From contig JAZRTS010000155.1 in the NCBI GenBank assembly GCA_045652135.1, forward strand, positions 1,765 through 65,764: a stretch of DNA of 64,000 nt. Direction: 5' to 3'. Below are positions 22,902 through 31,851 of this stretch, in pieces (the first letter of the stretch is position 1; each line of letters starts with the position of its first letter). Below the pieces are notes generated by a model, which saw only the letters and a list, made by a program, of their open reading frames with translations, was not told where the DNA came from and made no database searches. Position numbers and translations under genes: made by a program. Origin of the DNA: Eubacteriales bacterium (GTDB lineage Bacteria > Bacillota > Clostridia > Oscillospirales > CAG-272).

Positions 22902-24347
22902 TTAGGTTGCTTTTTTAATTGAGATGTTTGTTTGCGAAGTGTTGACATAATATTCCCAGGTGCTGAAATATCCCACCTGCTCGTATGTTCCTCTGCCTGA
23001 ATAAATAAACTTATTATTGTGGTCACGCACCGAGATGACATCGTATTCGGTGTTGATATTTATACTGCATATCAGATATTCTGCACCTGCTGATGTGTAC
23101 ATAAAATATTTTATCGTATTACCAGCATCGACAACAACTATCTTGTGAAGTGATGCTAAAGATTCGGGAAGTGCGATCTTTGCAAGAGGCTTGTACCAAA
23201 GCATACCTTCGCCGTGGTTTTCTTCCGAACAGCCTATACCTGTGTAAAGATATGCGTACGGTTCGTTACGGAATCCGAGCCAAAGACCGCCGTATTCTGT
23301 AGGTGAGTGTCCTGCCTTGGGAAGACGCGCGCCGACATACAGGCAGTTTCCTGCGTTCATCGAATCTGCTGTTGCGGAAACGTTCAAATGGAATTCATAC
23401 TGTGAATTAAAAGGATTATATCTGTAGTTCGCCGCAACATTTCCGTTGCTGTTTGCGGTGGTGTAAACTGTTGTTGTTGAAGCGGCAGGACGTGCGATAT
23501 TTGCTGTAGGTGTATTGTATATTTCCTTCAAAGAGGATTTGGGTAAGCCTGCGGGGTTGGGACGCCAAGCGTATGTAAAGCTTGAAATTCCTTCACGGAA
23601 CGGCTCTGTTGTTCCGTTAACGTAGGAATAAGCGCCTGTTCTCTGTATTCTTTCGATGGAGCCGTGGTCATATCTGAGGTTTGTACCTGCGCAAATGAAC
23701 TGATGCTCGCCGTTGAGTACGAGAACTATATCGCCTCTGCGTACATCGTTTACGTTTGTTATTTTTTCAAACTTGAATCTTTCGTAGTCAGATTCGCTGA
23801 ATCCGCCTCTGTAGAATCGCTGATCTGTATATCCTGCACGGTGGTATGCCCAGCTTACAAGGCGGTTACATGCAGATGCTCTTTCGCCGTCGATCGTTTC
23901 GTTGATGTTGAGATTCAGCCAGTTATATGCGGGATTGAGCTGTGCATCGCCGTATATAAAATTGTTATCGTCTGTGAATTTAACTATCTTTGCTGCTTCT
24001 TCGATGATTTTTTCTACAAGCTGGCTGTATGTGGGAGCGTTTTCGTCGGTGGGTACTTCGCAATGCTCACCGTAATAATTACGCAGTGCAATTATGTCAG
24101 ATCTTGTGATAGAGCCGTCACCGTTTATATCCACTTTTGCATCATAGGGGAAAAGTGCGGGCTTACGTATGTATTTCATAACACGTACGGCATCTTTTCC
24201 GTTAACGATACCGTCACGGTTAACGTCACAGTCAGATACCATAACAGCGGCAGACGTTCCGAAAAGATTCGGGAGTGATACCGCACCGACTATCATAAGC
24301 GCTGACAGACATATGCCGATGACCTTGAAAAGTTTGCTGTTTTTCAT
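22902..24347 (-). CDS. Paralog family member 3: signal peptide + type-I dockerin + papain-fold domain + beta-sandwich
   Basis: Dockerin Ca-binding repeats DVNRDGIVNGKD and DINGDGSITRSD (about 24063-24236). Blocks ASACNRLVSWAYHRAGY, HQFICAGTNLRYDHGS, VGYFSTWEYYVNTSQTNISIK. Confidence 0.82.
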   Translation of the reverse strand: MKNSKLFKVIGICLSALMIVGAVSLPNLFGTSAAVMVSDCDVNRDGIVNGKDAVRVMKYIRKPALFPYDAKVDINGDGSITRSDIIALRNYYGEHCEVPTDENAPTYSQLVEKIIEEAAKIVKFTDDNNFIYGDAQLNPAYNWLNLNINETIDGERASACNRLVSWAYHRAGYTDQRFYRGGFSESDYERFKFEKITNVNDVRRGDIVLVLNGEHQFICAGTNLRYDHGSIERIQRTGAYSYVNGTTEPFREGISSFTYAWRPNPAGLPKSSLKEIYNTPTANIARPAASTTTVYTTANSNGNVAANYRYNPFNSQYEFHLNVSATADSMNAGNCLYVGARLPKAGHSPTEYGGLWLGFRNEPYAYLYTGIGCSEENHGEGMLWYKPLAKIALPESLASLHKIVVVDAGNTIKYFMYTSAGAEYLICSININTEYDVISVRDHNNKFIYSGRGTYEQVGYFSTWEYYVNTSQTNISIKKAT

Positions 24348-24559
24348 TTTGTGATTCCTCGCTTTTGTACTGATTTAGATCGCTTGCTTATGAAAATGCA
24401 AGGAAATTTGTGATATATTTCCTTGCAAATATATGCAATAACAACTCATTACAGTATACACATCAAAATCTGTTTTGTCAACACTATTTAATATAATAAA
24501 TGGTATTTAATGATTTTTTGTACTTTTTGCATAATAATTGCGCTTTATATATGTTAATA

Positions 24560-24597
24560 AAGACTATAAAGGTCGGCAATGTAATATGCCGACCTTT
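24560..24597 (-). terminator. Putative terminator of the 25260-26549 / 24637-25224 pair
   Basis: AAAGGTCGGCA-atgtaata-TGCCGACCTTT. The stem is nearly identical to the one at 26675-26700. Confidence 0.5.
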
Positions 24598-24636
24598 AAT
24601 TAAGCTTTTGAAGCAGAGTATCGGAACGGATACTCC

Positions 24637-25224
24637 TTATTTACCGAAAATGTCACCGAGGTCGATGGTGTCATCGCCTATGTCTACATTTCCGTTATTC
24701 TTGTCATATTCTGCCTTTGCCGCATTGTACCATTCTATAAATTTACTGAGTGAAGGGAAATTTTTGATGAATTCCGTTTGTTCATTGGGAGACATATTGA
24801 TGTAGTCCTTGTAAGTGTACTCGGAAGGATCAAATTTTTCAGGTTCGGTTTCGGGCGCGGTTGTATCTTCGGGTGCTGTTTCGGGCGGTTCTACTTCAAT
24901 TACGGGATCATCGAGTATTTCGCACGTCTGACCGTAATATGAATACACTTGAGCAATGTCATTGTTATCAATAATTCCGTCACCGTTGACATCGGCTTTT
25001 TCGGGAAAGTAATAATCGTCGGTGAGAATATACTTCATTATGCGTATGACATCTTTGCCGTTTATGATACCGTCACGCGTCACATCACATAATGATATCG
25101 GATCTTCATTTGGTGGCTCAATTTCATCCCACGTTGCGAAAACGCTCGGAAGTAATGCCGCGCCGATCGTGATTAAAGCGGAGAAGCATATAATGACAGA
25201 CTTGAAAAAAACATATTTTTTCAT
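24637..25224 (-). CDS. Signal peptide + type-I dockerin + Pro/Glu/Thr linker + the conserved 59-aa C-terminal module (no catalytic domain)
   Basis: Dockerin DVTRDGIINGKD / DVNGDGIIDNND (about 24931-25092). C-terminal TYKDYINMSPNEQTEFIKNFPSLSKFIEWYNAAKAEYDKNNGNVDIGDDTIDLGDIFGK aligns without gaps to the end of the 17677-18108 product. Confidence 0.8.
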   Translation of the reverse strand: MKKYVFFKSVIICFSALITIGAALLPSVFATWDEIEPPNEDPISLCDVTRDGIINGKDVIRIMKYILTDDYYFPEKADVNGDGIIDNNDIAQVYSYYGQTCEILDDPVIEVEPPETAPEDTTAPETEPEKFDPSEYTYKDYINMSPNEQTEFIKNFPSLSKFIEWYNAAKAEYDKNNGNVDIGDDTIDLGDIFGK

Positions 25225-25259
25225 ATTTCACATTTCCTCGATTTAAAAAACATAACAAA

Positions 25260-26549
25260 TTAATTTGCTTTTATTACGATGTCAGAGGTTATTGTTTTTG
25301 CTCCGTGCGACCACACACCGAAATAACCGAAATCATTCAAAACGGCTGTACCTGCATATATGATATTGTTGTCGCTGTCGCGCACTACTATCTGGTCATA
25401 CTCTGCGCTCACACGTATCGTGCATATCAGTATCTCCTCGCCCGAGGTTGTATACATATAGTATTTGATAACGTCGCCCGTGTCTACAACGACTACTTTA
25501 TGAGCAGATTTGAAATTTTCGGGCAATTTTACAGATGCAACAGGTTCGTTCCATATTTTCGCCTTCGCGCCGCATCCAACGTATAAGCAAGCCTCGTTTT
25601 CTCCTCGCAGAGCGATAAAAATACCGCCGGGCTCTGTTGCATTTTTTCGTCTTTCGGTAAGCCTTGCGCCTACAAACGATGCTTTCCACGGGCTGTTGTC
25701 ATTGACTTCCGAATACGATGTGAGATTAAAATGAAATTCGTATTGTCCGTATTCCTTTCCGGGCTCGTACGATTCGGAAATTGTCAGCGTTCCTTCTTTT
25801 TCGCCGCTTTCGAAAACGGTTTTTGCATCTGCCGATATCTTTGCGGAGTCTTTGTCGGCAGGCTCATATATTTCAAGCATTGACGGATCCGGCATATAAT
25901 CGGGCGAAGGTCTGTAAGCACGGACAAAATTGTTTACAGGCTCGTTGAACGGCTGAGGGCCTTTCGTGCCGTTTATTCTTGCGTCACTTCCACCGTCATA
26001 TCTCAAGTTCTTTCCCGCACATATAAATACGTGTCCGGGAACACCGTTTGCATCGGGATTAACGAAAACGATGTCTCCTGCCTGTAACTCTTTTACCGAG
26101 TCTACCCTTTGAAATCCGTGCTCGTTGAAATAATCTTCAAGATCGATACCGAAATAGTAATCCTGATCGATAAATCCCGAACGGAACATTATCCAGTTTA
26201 CAAGTCTGTCGCAGGCGACTATTCTTTCTTCGGGCTTTATAGCATCCTTCGGGTCAAGCGTGCGCCAGTTAACAGCAGGATTTATTATTGCGTGTCCGTA
26301 TATGAAATCGTTGTCACGTATAAAGTCCGCAACTATCTTGCCCTCACGCATCATTATTTCAACAAGCTCCTCATAAGTCGGACGCTTCCATTCGGTAACG
26401 TCATTATCCTCGGGAGCAGTAGTGTCTTGTGTGGTTTCAGCAGGCGCTGTATCGCTTTCAGCGTGAGATGTTTCCGTTTGATTGCCTGTGCACGAAAAAA
26501 GAGAAGCGGCGCATAGCAAACAAACACATTTTAATATGATTTTTTTCAT
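25260..26549 (-). CDS. Paralog family member 4: lipoprotein, papain-fold domain + beta-sandwich
   Basis: Start moved to the ATG at 26549 (MKKIILKCVCLLCAASLFSCTG; AAAGGA SD). Blocks RIVACDRLVNWIMFRSGF, GHVFICAGKNLRYDGGS, FGYFGVWSHGAKTITSDIVIKAN. Confidence 0.8.
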   Translation of the reverse strand: MKKIILKCVCLLCAASLFSCTGNQTETSHAESDTAPAETTQDTTAPEDNDVTEWKRPTYEELVEIMMREGKIVADFIRDNDFIYGHAIINPAVNWRTLDPKDAIKPEERIVACDRLVNWIMFRSGFIDQDYYFGIDLEDYFNEHGFQRVDSVKELQAGDIVFVNPDANGVPGHVFICAGKNLRYDGGSDARINGTKGPQPFNEPVNNFVRAYRPSPDYMPDPSMLEIYEPADKDSAKISADAKTVFESGEKEGTLTISESYEPGKEYGQYEFHFNLTSYSEVNDNSPWKASFVGARLTERRKNATEPGGIFIALRGENEACLYVGCGAKAKIWNEPVASVKLPENFKSAHKVVVVDTGDVIKYYMYTTSGEEILICTIRVSAEYDQIVVRDSDNNIIYAGTAVLNDFGYFGVWSHGAKTITSDIVIKAN

Positions 26550-26667
26550 AAATACAAGTCCTTTGTAATATTTAAACTTATTTTTTAATATAAGTATACA
26601 CTCAAATTCCCGTTTTGTCAATATGTATGATACCGTGTGAGGCTGGTGCTGTATTTGCTTCGGCTTC

Positions 26668-26700
26668 AGAAAATAAAGGTCGGCGATTTCGCCGACCTTT
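26668..26700 (-). terminator. Terminator of paralog 5
   Basis: AAAGGTCGGCG-attt-CGCCGACCTTT, with a T-rich tract on the minus strand. Confidence 0.65.
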
Positions 26701-26708
26701 GATGAAGA

Positions 26709-28208
26709 TTATTTTTTAGCACACTGTATGGATATATTGGACTGGGTTGAATTTGAAAGATGAGTCCATACACCGAAATAACCCGTGTGTCCGATCTCTG
26801 TAAGACCTGCATAAATGAATTTGCCGGAGTTGTCACGAATACAAATTGTATCATAATCAGGGGATACCTTGATACTGCATATTAGGTAAGTATCTCCCGG
26901 GTTATGCGTCACCATATAGTATTTGATGACGTCACCCGTATCTACGACCATGATCTTATGCTCTTGCGTTAGCGGCTCCGGTACACGTGTTGAAGCAAGC
27001 GGCTCGTACCAAGCGTTTCCGAAACCGTCATTTCCTGATCCTCTCTGACCCTTGGAACAGCCTGTGCCTGTGTAGAAGTATACGTAACCGTCATCACGCA
27101 GAGCTATCCAGATACCGCCTTTGTTTGTGGGGTTATGGTTGGGATAAGGCAAACGAACGCCGACGTATGTCGAGCTTGACGGACTGCGGTCGCTTGTTGA
27201 AGGCGAAGATGAGATGTTCAAATGCAATTCGTAGTTTGCGTTGTAGGGATTGTAAGCAAAGTTGAACTGTCTTGAGCCTGAACCGTTAGCTGCTGTGTAA
27301 ACAGTATCGGTGTTCGGTGCGGGACGTGCTATGTTAGCATCGGGAGTTTTATAAATATTTGCTACCGATGTTGCGGGAAGTCCTTCGGGATTGGGACGCC
27401 ATGCGTATGAGAAGTTGCGTATCGATTCTCTGAACGGCTCGGTTGTATTTTCAACGTAAGCGTATGCGCCTATACGCTGAATACGCTCAACGCTTCCGTG
27501 GTCATATCTGAGGTTGGGGCCTGCGCAGATGAACTGGTGCAGAGTGTTGTTTACAAGCACTATATCGCCTGCTCTTACATCGTTTACGTTTGTTATCTTT
27601 GTGAACTTGTATCTTGCGTAATCTGCATCGGTAAATCCGCCGTAGTAGAATCTCTGATCAGAATAGCCCGCACGGTGGAATACCCAGCTTACAAGACGGT
27701 CGCAGGCGGAACGTGTGCCTGTTACAAAGGACTTATCAAGACCTTCGTCATAATTAAGATTGAGCCAGTTGTATGCAGGGTTTATTACCGCATCGCCGTA
27801 GTTGAAGCCGTAATTGTTAGTGAACTCCGTTACCTTTTTTGCTTCCTCGAGTATCTTTGCAACGAGCTGATCGTATGTAGGCTTCGGCTTTTCCACTTCA
27901 ATTACACGGTCGGGAAGTATTTCGCATGTCTGACCGTAGAAGGAACGTATTGCCACAACGTCCGCAGAGTTGATAGTTCCGTCTCCGTTTACATCTGCCT
28001 TGTCGGGGAAATAGTAATCGTCTGTGTGGATGTATTTCATTACACGTATCATATCTTTTCCGTTTATAATACCGTCACGGTTTACGTCACAGTCGGTAAC
28101 AACAACGGCTGCGGATATGCCGAATAAATTCGGGAGCGATATAGCACCCAGAATAAACACAACGGAAAGACAGATTCCGAGTGTCCTATAAAGTCTGCTG
28201 TTCTTCAT
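26709..28208 (-). CDS. Paralog family member 5: signal peptide + type-I dockerin + papain-fold domain + beta-sandwich
   Basis: Start moved to the ATG at 28208 (MKNSRLYRTLG; AAAGGAG SD). Dockerin DVNRDGIINGKD / DVNGDGTINSAD (about 27933-28094). Blocks RSACDRLVSWVFHRAGY, HQFICAGPNLRYDHGS, TGYFGVWTHLSNSTQSNISIQ. Confidence 0.82.
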   Translation of the reverse strand: MKNSRLYRTLGICLSVVFILGAISLPNLFGISAAVVVTDCDVNRDGIINGKDMIRVMKYIHTDDYYFPDKADVNGDGTINSADVVAIRSFYGQTCEILPDRVIEVEKPKPTYDQLVAKILEEAKKVTEFTNNYGFNYGDAVINPAYNWLNLNYDEGLDKSFVTGTRSACDRLVSWVFHRAGYSDQRFYYGGFTDADYARYKFTKITNVNDVRAGDIVLVNNTLHQFICAGPNLRYDHGSVERIQRIGAYAYVENTTEPFRESIRNFSYAWRPNPEGLPATSVANIYKTPDANIARPAPNTDTVYTAANGSGSRQFNFAYNPYNANYELHLNISSSPSTSDRSPSSSTYVGVRLPYPNHNPTNKGGIWIALRDDGYVYFYTGTGCSKGQRGSGNDGFGNAWYEPLASTRVPEPLTQEHKIMVVDTGDVIKYYMVTHNPGDTYLICSIKVSPDYDTICIRDNSGKFIYAGLTEIGHTGYFGVWTHLSNSTQSNISIQCAKK

Positions 28209-28485
28209 AAGCAGTATCTCCTTTCGCACGGGCGGTATTTTCCGCCGTATTTTGACGCTTAATTTTACACTATAAAAGAAATTTTGTCAACAATGCAAAA
28301 TAATTAGAAATATAACAAACGGATTAATATATATATAAAGTATGAACTTTGGAGTGCTTTACGGTGGTTTTGTTGTGATAAATGCACAAAATTTTAAACG
28401 GTGATTTTGTGTATTTGCTGAATTTCATATTTTTTTTATTGCGGTAAAACGCTGTGGTTGATACTGCCTTGTTCACATAAAACTA

Positions 28486-28514
28486 TTGACAAAGAAAAAG
28501 CAAAAGTGTATAAT
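28486..28514 (+). promoter_or_regulatory. Promoter of rpe
   Basis: TTGACA (28486-28491), 17-nt spacer, TATAAT (28509-28514). Confidence 0.5.
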
Positions 28515-28554
28515 ATAACGGTAATGCAATCAAGAAACAGAAAGGAGAGAAAAC

Positions 28555-29232
28555 ATGGAAAGAAGGATAAAAATGTCACCGTCTATTTTGTCGGCAAACT
28601 TCAATAATTTGCTTGCTGATGTAAAGGCGACGGAAGAAGCAGGCGCTGAATATCTTCACATAGACGTTATGGACGGTATTTTTGTGCCTAATATATCATT
28701 CGGTAAAATAGTACCGCAGACGCTTCGCAAACATTCTAATCAGGTGTTTGACGTGCATCTTATGATAGTTGATCCTATGCGCTATATCGATGATTTCGCA
28801 AAGGCAGGCGCTGATATTATAACTATTCACCACGAAGCGTGCCACGACAGGATAAAGGTGCTTGAATATATACGCTCTTTAGGCATAAAGCCGTGTATTT
28901 CGATAAAGCCCGACACGAATCCCGCTGTGCTTGAGCAGTATCTGCCGTACGTTGATATGGTGCTCATAATGTCTGTACAGCCCGGCTTCGGAGGACAGAA
29001 GTTCATCCCGTCGGCTATAGAAAGCTGCAAGGTCGCACGTGAGCTTATCAAGAAATCCGGACGTGATATTGACATTGAGGTGGACGGCGGACTTTATACC
29101 TATAACGTCAATCTTGTAACAGAGGCAGGTGCAAACGTTATTGTTGCCGGCTCGTCAATATTCGGTGCAGAAGACATTGGCGGTGCAGTTGTTGAAATGA
29201 CAAAGCGTGCCGAAGAAACATTCGTCTGGTAA
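28555..29232 (+). CDS. rpe: Ribulose-phosphate 3-epimerase
   Basis: SPSILSANF...LHIDVMDGIFVPNISFG...DVHLM...MSVQPGFGGQKF...EVDGG. AAAGGAG SD. Confidence 0.93.
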   Translation: MERRIKMSPSILSANFNNLLADVKATEEAGAEYLHIDVMDGIFVPNISFGKIVPQTLRKHSNQVFDVHLMIVDPMRYIDDFAKAGADIITIHHEACHDRIKVLEYIRSLGIKPCISIKPDTNPAVLEQYLPYVDMVLIMSVQPGFGGQKFIPSAIESCKVARELIKKSGRDIDIEVDGGLYTYNVNLVTEAGANVIVAGSSIFGAEDIGGAVVEMTKRAEETFVW

Positions 29233-29322
29233 AATTATTTTACTGACTATTTTAAAAATTGGTATTGACATTATTGAAAATATAATGTATAATTCACAAA
29301 AATACTCTAAAGGAGAAATTTT

Positions 29323-30918
29323 ATGAAAAAAGCACTTTCATTGATATTGACAGTTGTTATGGCACTGTCGATGGCGCTTACAGCCTTCGGCGCAGTTGAA
29401 CAGGAGTTCAACACAGAAGGTCTGGAAATCAATCTTGATGTAAAGTACAACGCAACTGCCCCCAAAATGGACGGTAAGATCAATGCAGGCGAATATTACG
29501 AAATGACATTCGCTGATTACAAGCAGTATTTTAACCTTATAAAGGGTTCACAGCACACAGAAACTCTTGAAGATGTTGCAAACTATCTCAAGAACGATAT
29601 GAAGGTTTATATGACTTGGAACGGCAACGATTTTTATATCGCACTTCAGGGTAAGGCTCCCAAGTCTGAATACAACTGCGAATTTTCAGGCAACGAAGTT
29701 TACCTTTTCCGTGCTTGGTCATTCCAGGTTGCTATCACAAGCATCGAAGCTGAAAACCAGGACAGAGCAGAAGTAGGTATCGGCTATGATCCCGCTTCGG
29801 GCGGAAATATGATCTCCTACACAATGTGGGGTACAAGAAAGAACATCAAGCTCAAGGCAGGCGAAAACTATGCGGCTGATTGGGATAAGGATGAAGAAGT
29901 TGTTACATACGAAATGAAGCTTGATCTCGCTTCCGTTCTCGGCGGCAAGGCACAGAATAACAGCCTTTTCCGTCTTGGCTTCTGTCTTAACAGAGGCGAC
30001 GGCGATATCGCAACAGATGACAGACAGAGACAGATAGAGCTTGGCGGCGGTATCGGTTCTTCAAAGCAGGTAGAAAACCTTGCAGTTATAGCTCTTACAG
30101 GTAAGGGCGCAGGCGACGGTGACGTTGATGTAGACATTCCCGTTGAAACAGCTCCCCAGGAAGAGGAGCAGGCAGGCTTTGACGCTGCTGACCGTTTTGA
30201 CGTAGCAGGCGCTGCTGAACTTTTCGACATCACAAACGGCTCACTTGAAGCTAAGGATATGGATGAAAACGGCGAAAAGTTTGTAAGACTTACAGTTACA
30301 GGCGAAAACCCCATTATCGGTTCAAAACAGCTCACACAGGGCCTCAACATGGATGCTCAGGGCGTGTACCTTGCTATTAAGTACCGTACGTCCAGCCAGA
30401 AGAGCAACCGTTTCGCAATCAACTTCCTTAACTCTGTTTCCACAACACTTGACAGAGATCTTGACTGCGACCTCGGCTTCGGTATAATGACTGACGGCGA
30501 ATGGCACACAATGGTATTTGAAATGTCACTCTACAGCGAGTGGTCACAGTTCATCTCCGAATTCTATCTCTGCCCCTTCTTCATTACTGATGAAGACGTT
30601 ACAGGCGAAACGATAGACATTCAGTGGATCAAGTATTACTCTGAACCCCCTGTATTCGAGGATGAAGAATATGAAAACCTCAGCTTTGGCGATGACGAAG
30701 CAACAGAGGGCGACACAGAAGCGCCCGCTGAAGATACAGCGGCAGCTGATACATCAGCTACAGAAACAAAGGGTGATACAACAACAAAGGCAGGCACAAC
30801 AACAGGTACAGATGACGAAGGCGGTTTCCCCGTTGGCGCTATTATCGGTATCGTTGCAGCAGTTGTTGTAGTTGCAGCAGCAGTTGTAATCATCATAATG
30901 AAGAAAAAGAAGGCGTAA
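29323..30918 (+). CDS. Cell-surface protein: signal peptide, CBM9/DOMON-like domain(s), acidic Thr-rich linker, C-terminal TM helix + poly-Lys tail
   Basis: MDGKINAGEY opening typical of CBM9-like domains. C-terminus GGFPVGAIIGIVAAVVVVAAAVVIIIMKKKKA. No LPXTG. Confidence 0.7.
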   Translation: MKKALSLILTVVMALSMALTAFGAVEQEFNTEGLEINLDVKYNATAPKMDGKINAGEYYEMTFADYKQYFNLIKGSQHTETLEDVANYLKNDMKVYMTWNGNDFYIALQGKAPKSEYNCEFSGNEVYLFRAWSFQVAITSIEAENQDRAEVGIGYDPASGGNMISYTMWGTRKNIKLKAGENYAADWDKDEEVVTYEMKLDLASVLGGKAQNNSLFRLGFCLNRGDGDIATDDRQRQIELGGGIGSSKQVENLAVIALTGKGAGDGDVDVDIPVETAPQEEEQAGFDAADRFDVAGAAELFDITNGSLEAKDMDENGEKFVRLTVTGENPIIGSKQLTQGLNMDAQGVYLAIKYRTSSQKSNRFAINFLNSVSTTLDRDLDCDLGFGIMTDGEWHTMVFEMSLYSEWSQFISEFYLCPFFITDEDVTGETIDIQWIKYYSEPPVFEDEEYENLSFGDDEATEGDTEAPAEDTAAADTSATETKGDTTTKAGTTTGTDDEGGFPVGAIIGIVAAVVVVAAAVVIIIMKKKKA

Positions 30919-30930
30919 AGCTTAAAATTA

Positions 30931-30962
30931 ATTGCCTCCCGAAAAATCGGGAGGCAATTTTT
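30931..30962 (+). terminator. Rho-independent terminator
   Basis: ATTGCCTCCCG-aaaaat-CGGGAGGCAAT + TTTTT. Confidence 0.8.
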
Positions 30963-30975
30963 GAAAGGTATTATT

Positions 30976-31764
30976 ATGAAAAAAGCATTTATAAAAACAC
31001 CTATTGCACCGCTTTTCAGAAAGCCCGATTCAAATATTTCACTTGAAGATGAGGTGCTTTTTGGTATGGAGGTTGAAGCAGAAGAAGCCGAAAACGGTTT
31101 TTATTTTGTCACAACCCATTACGGATATACAGGATACGTGAGCAAAAAAGACCTTTTATTCTGTCCGCGCCGTGTTAAAAAATTCTCCGAAATGAAAGAT
31201 AAATATAAAGTAGTAAAAAAATCATTTTGCGATATTTTGAGTGAGCCGAAAATGCAAGGCATACGCCTGATAACACTTCCGAGGGGAAGCCGTGTGGCAC
31301 TCACCGAGATACTTGAAAATAATTGGGTGCGTGTGTATCTTTGCGACGGTGTCGAAGGATACACAAGAATCGAGCATCTTGACGATTACAGAACTACATA
31401 TGACATAAACGATGAAAATTTGCGTGATGCTCTTGTTAAAACTGCCGAGAGCTATCTTGGCACACAATACCGCTGGGGCGGTAAAACACCGTCAGGTATT
31501 GACTGCTCGGGGCTTTGCTCAATGGCATATATGCAGTGCGGTATTATTATCTACCGTGATGCAAAGCTTATGGAGGGATATCCCGTCAAGGAAATACCGT
31601 ATGAACAGCTCAAACGAGGTGACCTTGTTTATTCCCCCGGTCACATAATGATGTATATCGGTGACGGTAAGATAATTCACTCCTCATCGTCAATGTGCGG
31701 TGTTTCGTATTCGTCTCTTCCCGACAAAGATAAAATAACCGCTTGCGGAAGTATTTTCGCCTGA
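30976..31764 (+). CDS. SH3b + NlpC/P60 (C40) peptidase without signal peptide (YkfC-like murein-peptide endopeptidase type)
   Basis: GTQYRWGGKTPSGIDCSGLCSMAY (catalytic Cys) and GDLVYSPGHIMMYIGDGKIIHSS (His-His). Start moved to the ATG at 30976 (GAAAGG SD). Confidence 0.85.
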   Translation: MKKAFIKTPIAPLFRKPDSNISLEDEVLFGMEVEAEEAENGFYFVTTHYGYTGYVSKKDLLFCPRRVKKFSEMKDKYKVVKKSFCDILSEPKMQGIRLITLPRGSRVALTEILENNWVRVYLCDGVEGYTRIEHLDDYRTTYDINDENLRDALVKTAESYLGTQYRWGGKTPSGIDCSGLCSMAYMQCGIIIYRDAKLMEGYPVKEIPYEQLKRGDLVYSPGHIMMYIGDGKIIHSSSSMCGVSYSSLPDKDKITACGSIFA

Positions 31765-31851
31765 TTATAAAAATTTATTTTTACGCATAGATTTATAAAT
31801 GATTTTTGCGTATAATAATATGGTATACAGTTAGTGAAGGAGGAAATACAT

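Noticed and set aside
29323-30918. Sortase (LPXTG) substrates among the three C-terminally anchored surface proteins.
   Set aside because: No LPXTG, NPQTN or similar motif precedes the hydrophobic helix in any of the three.
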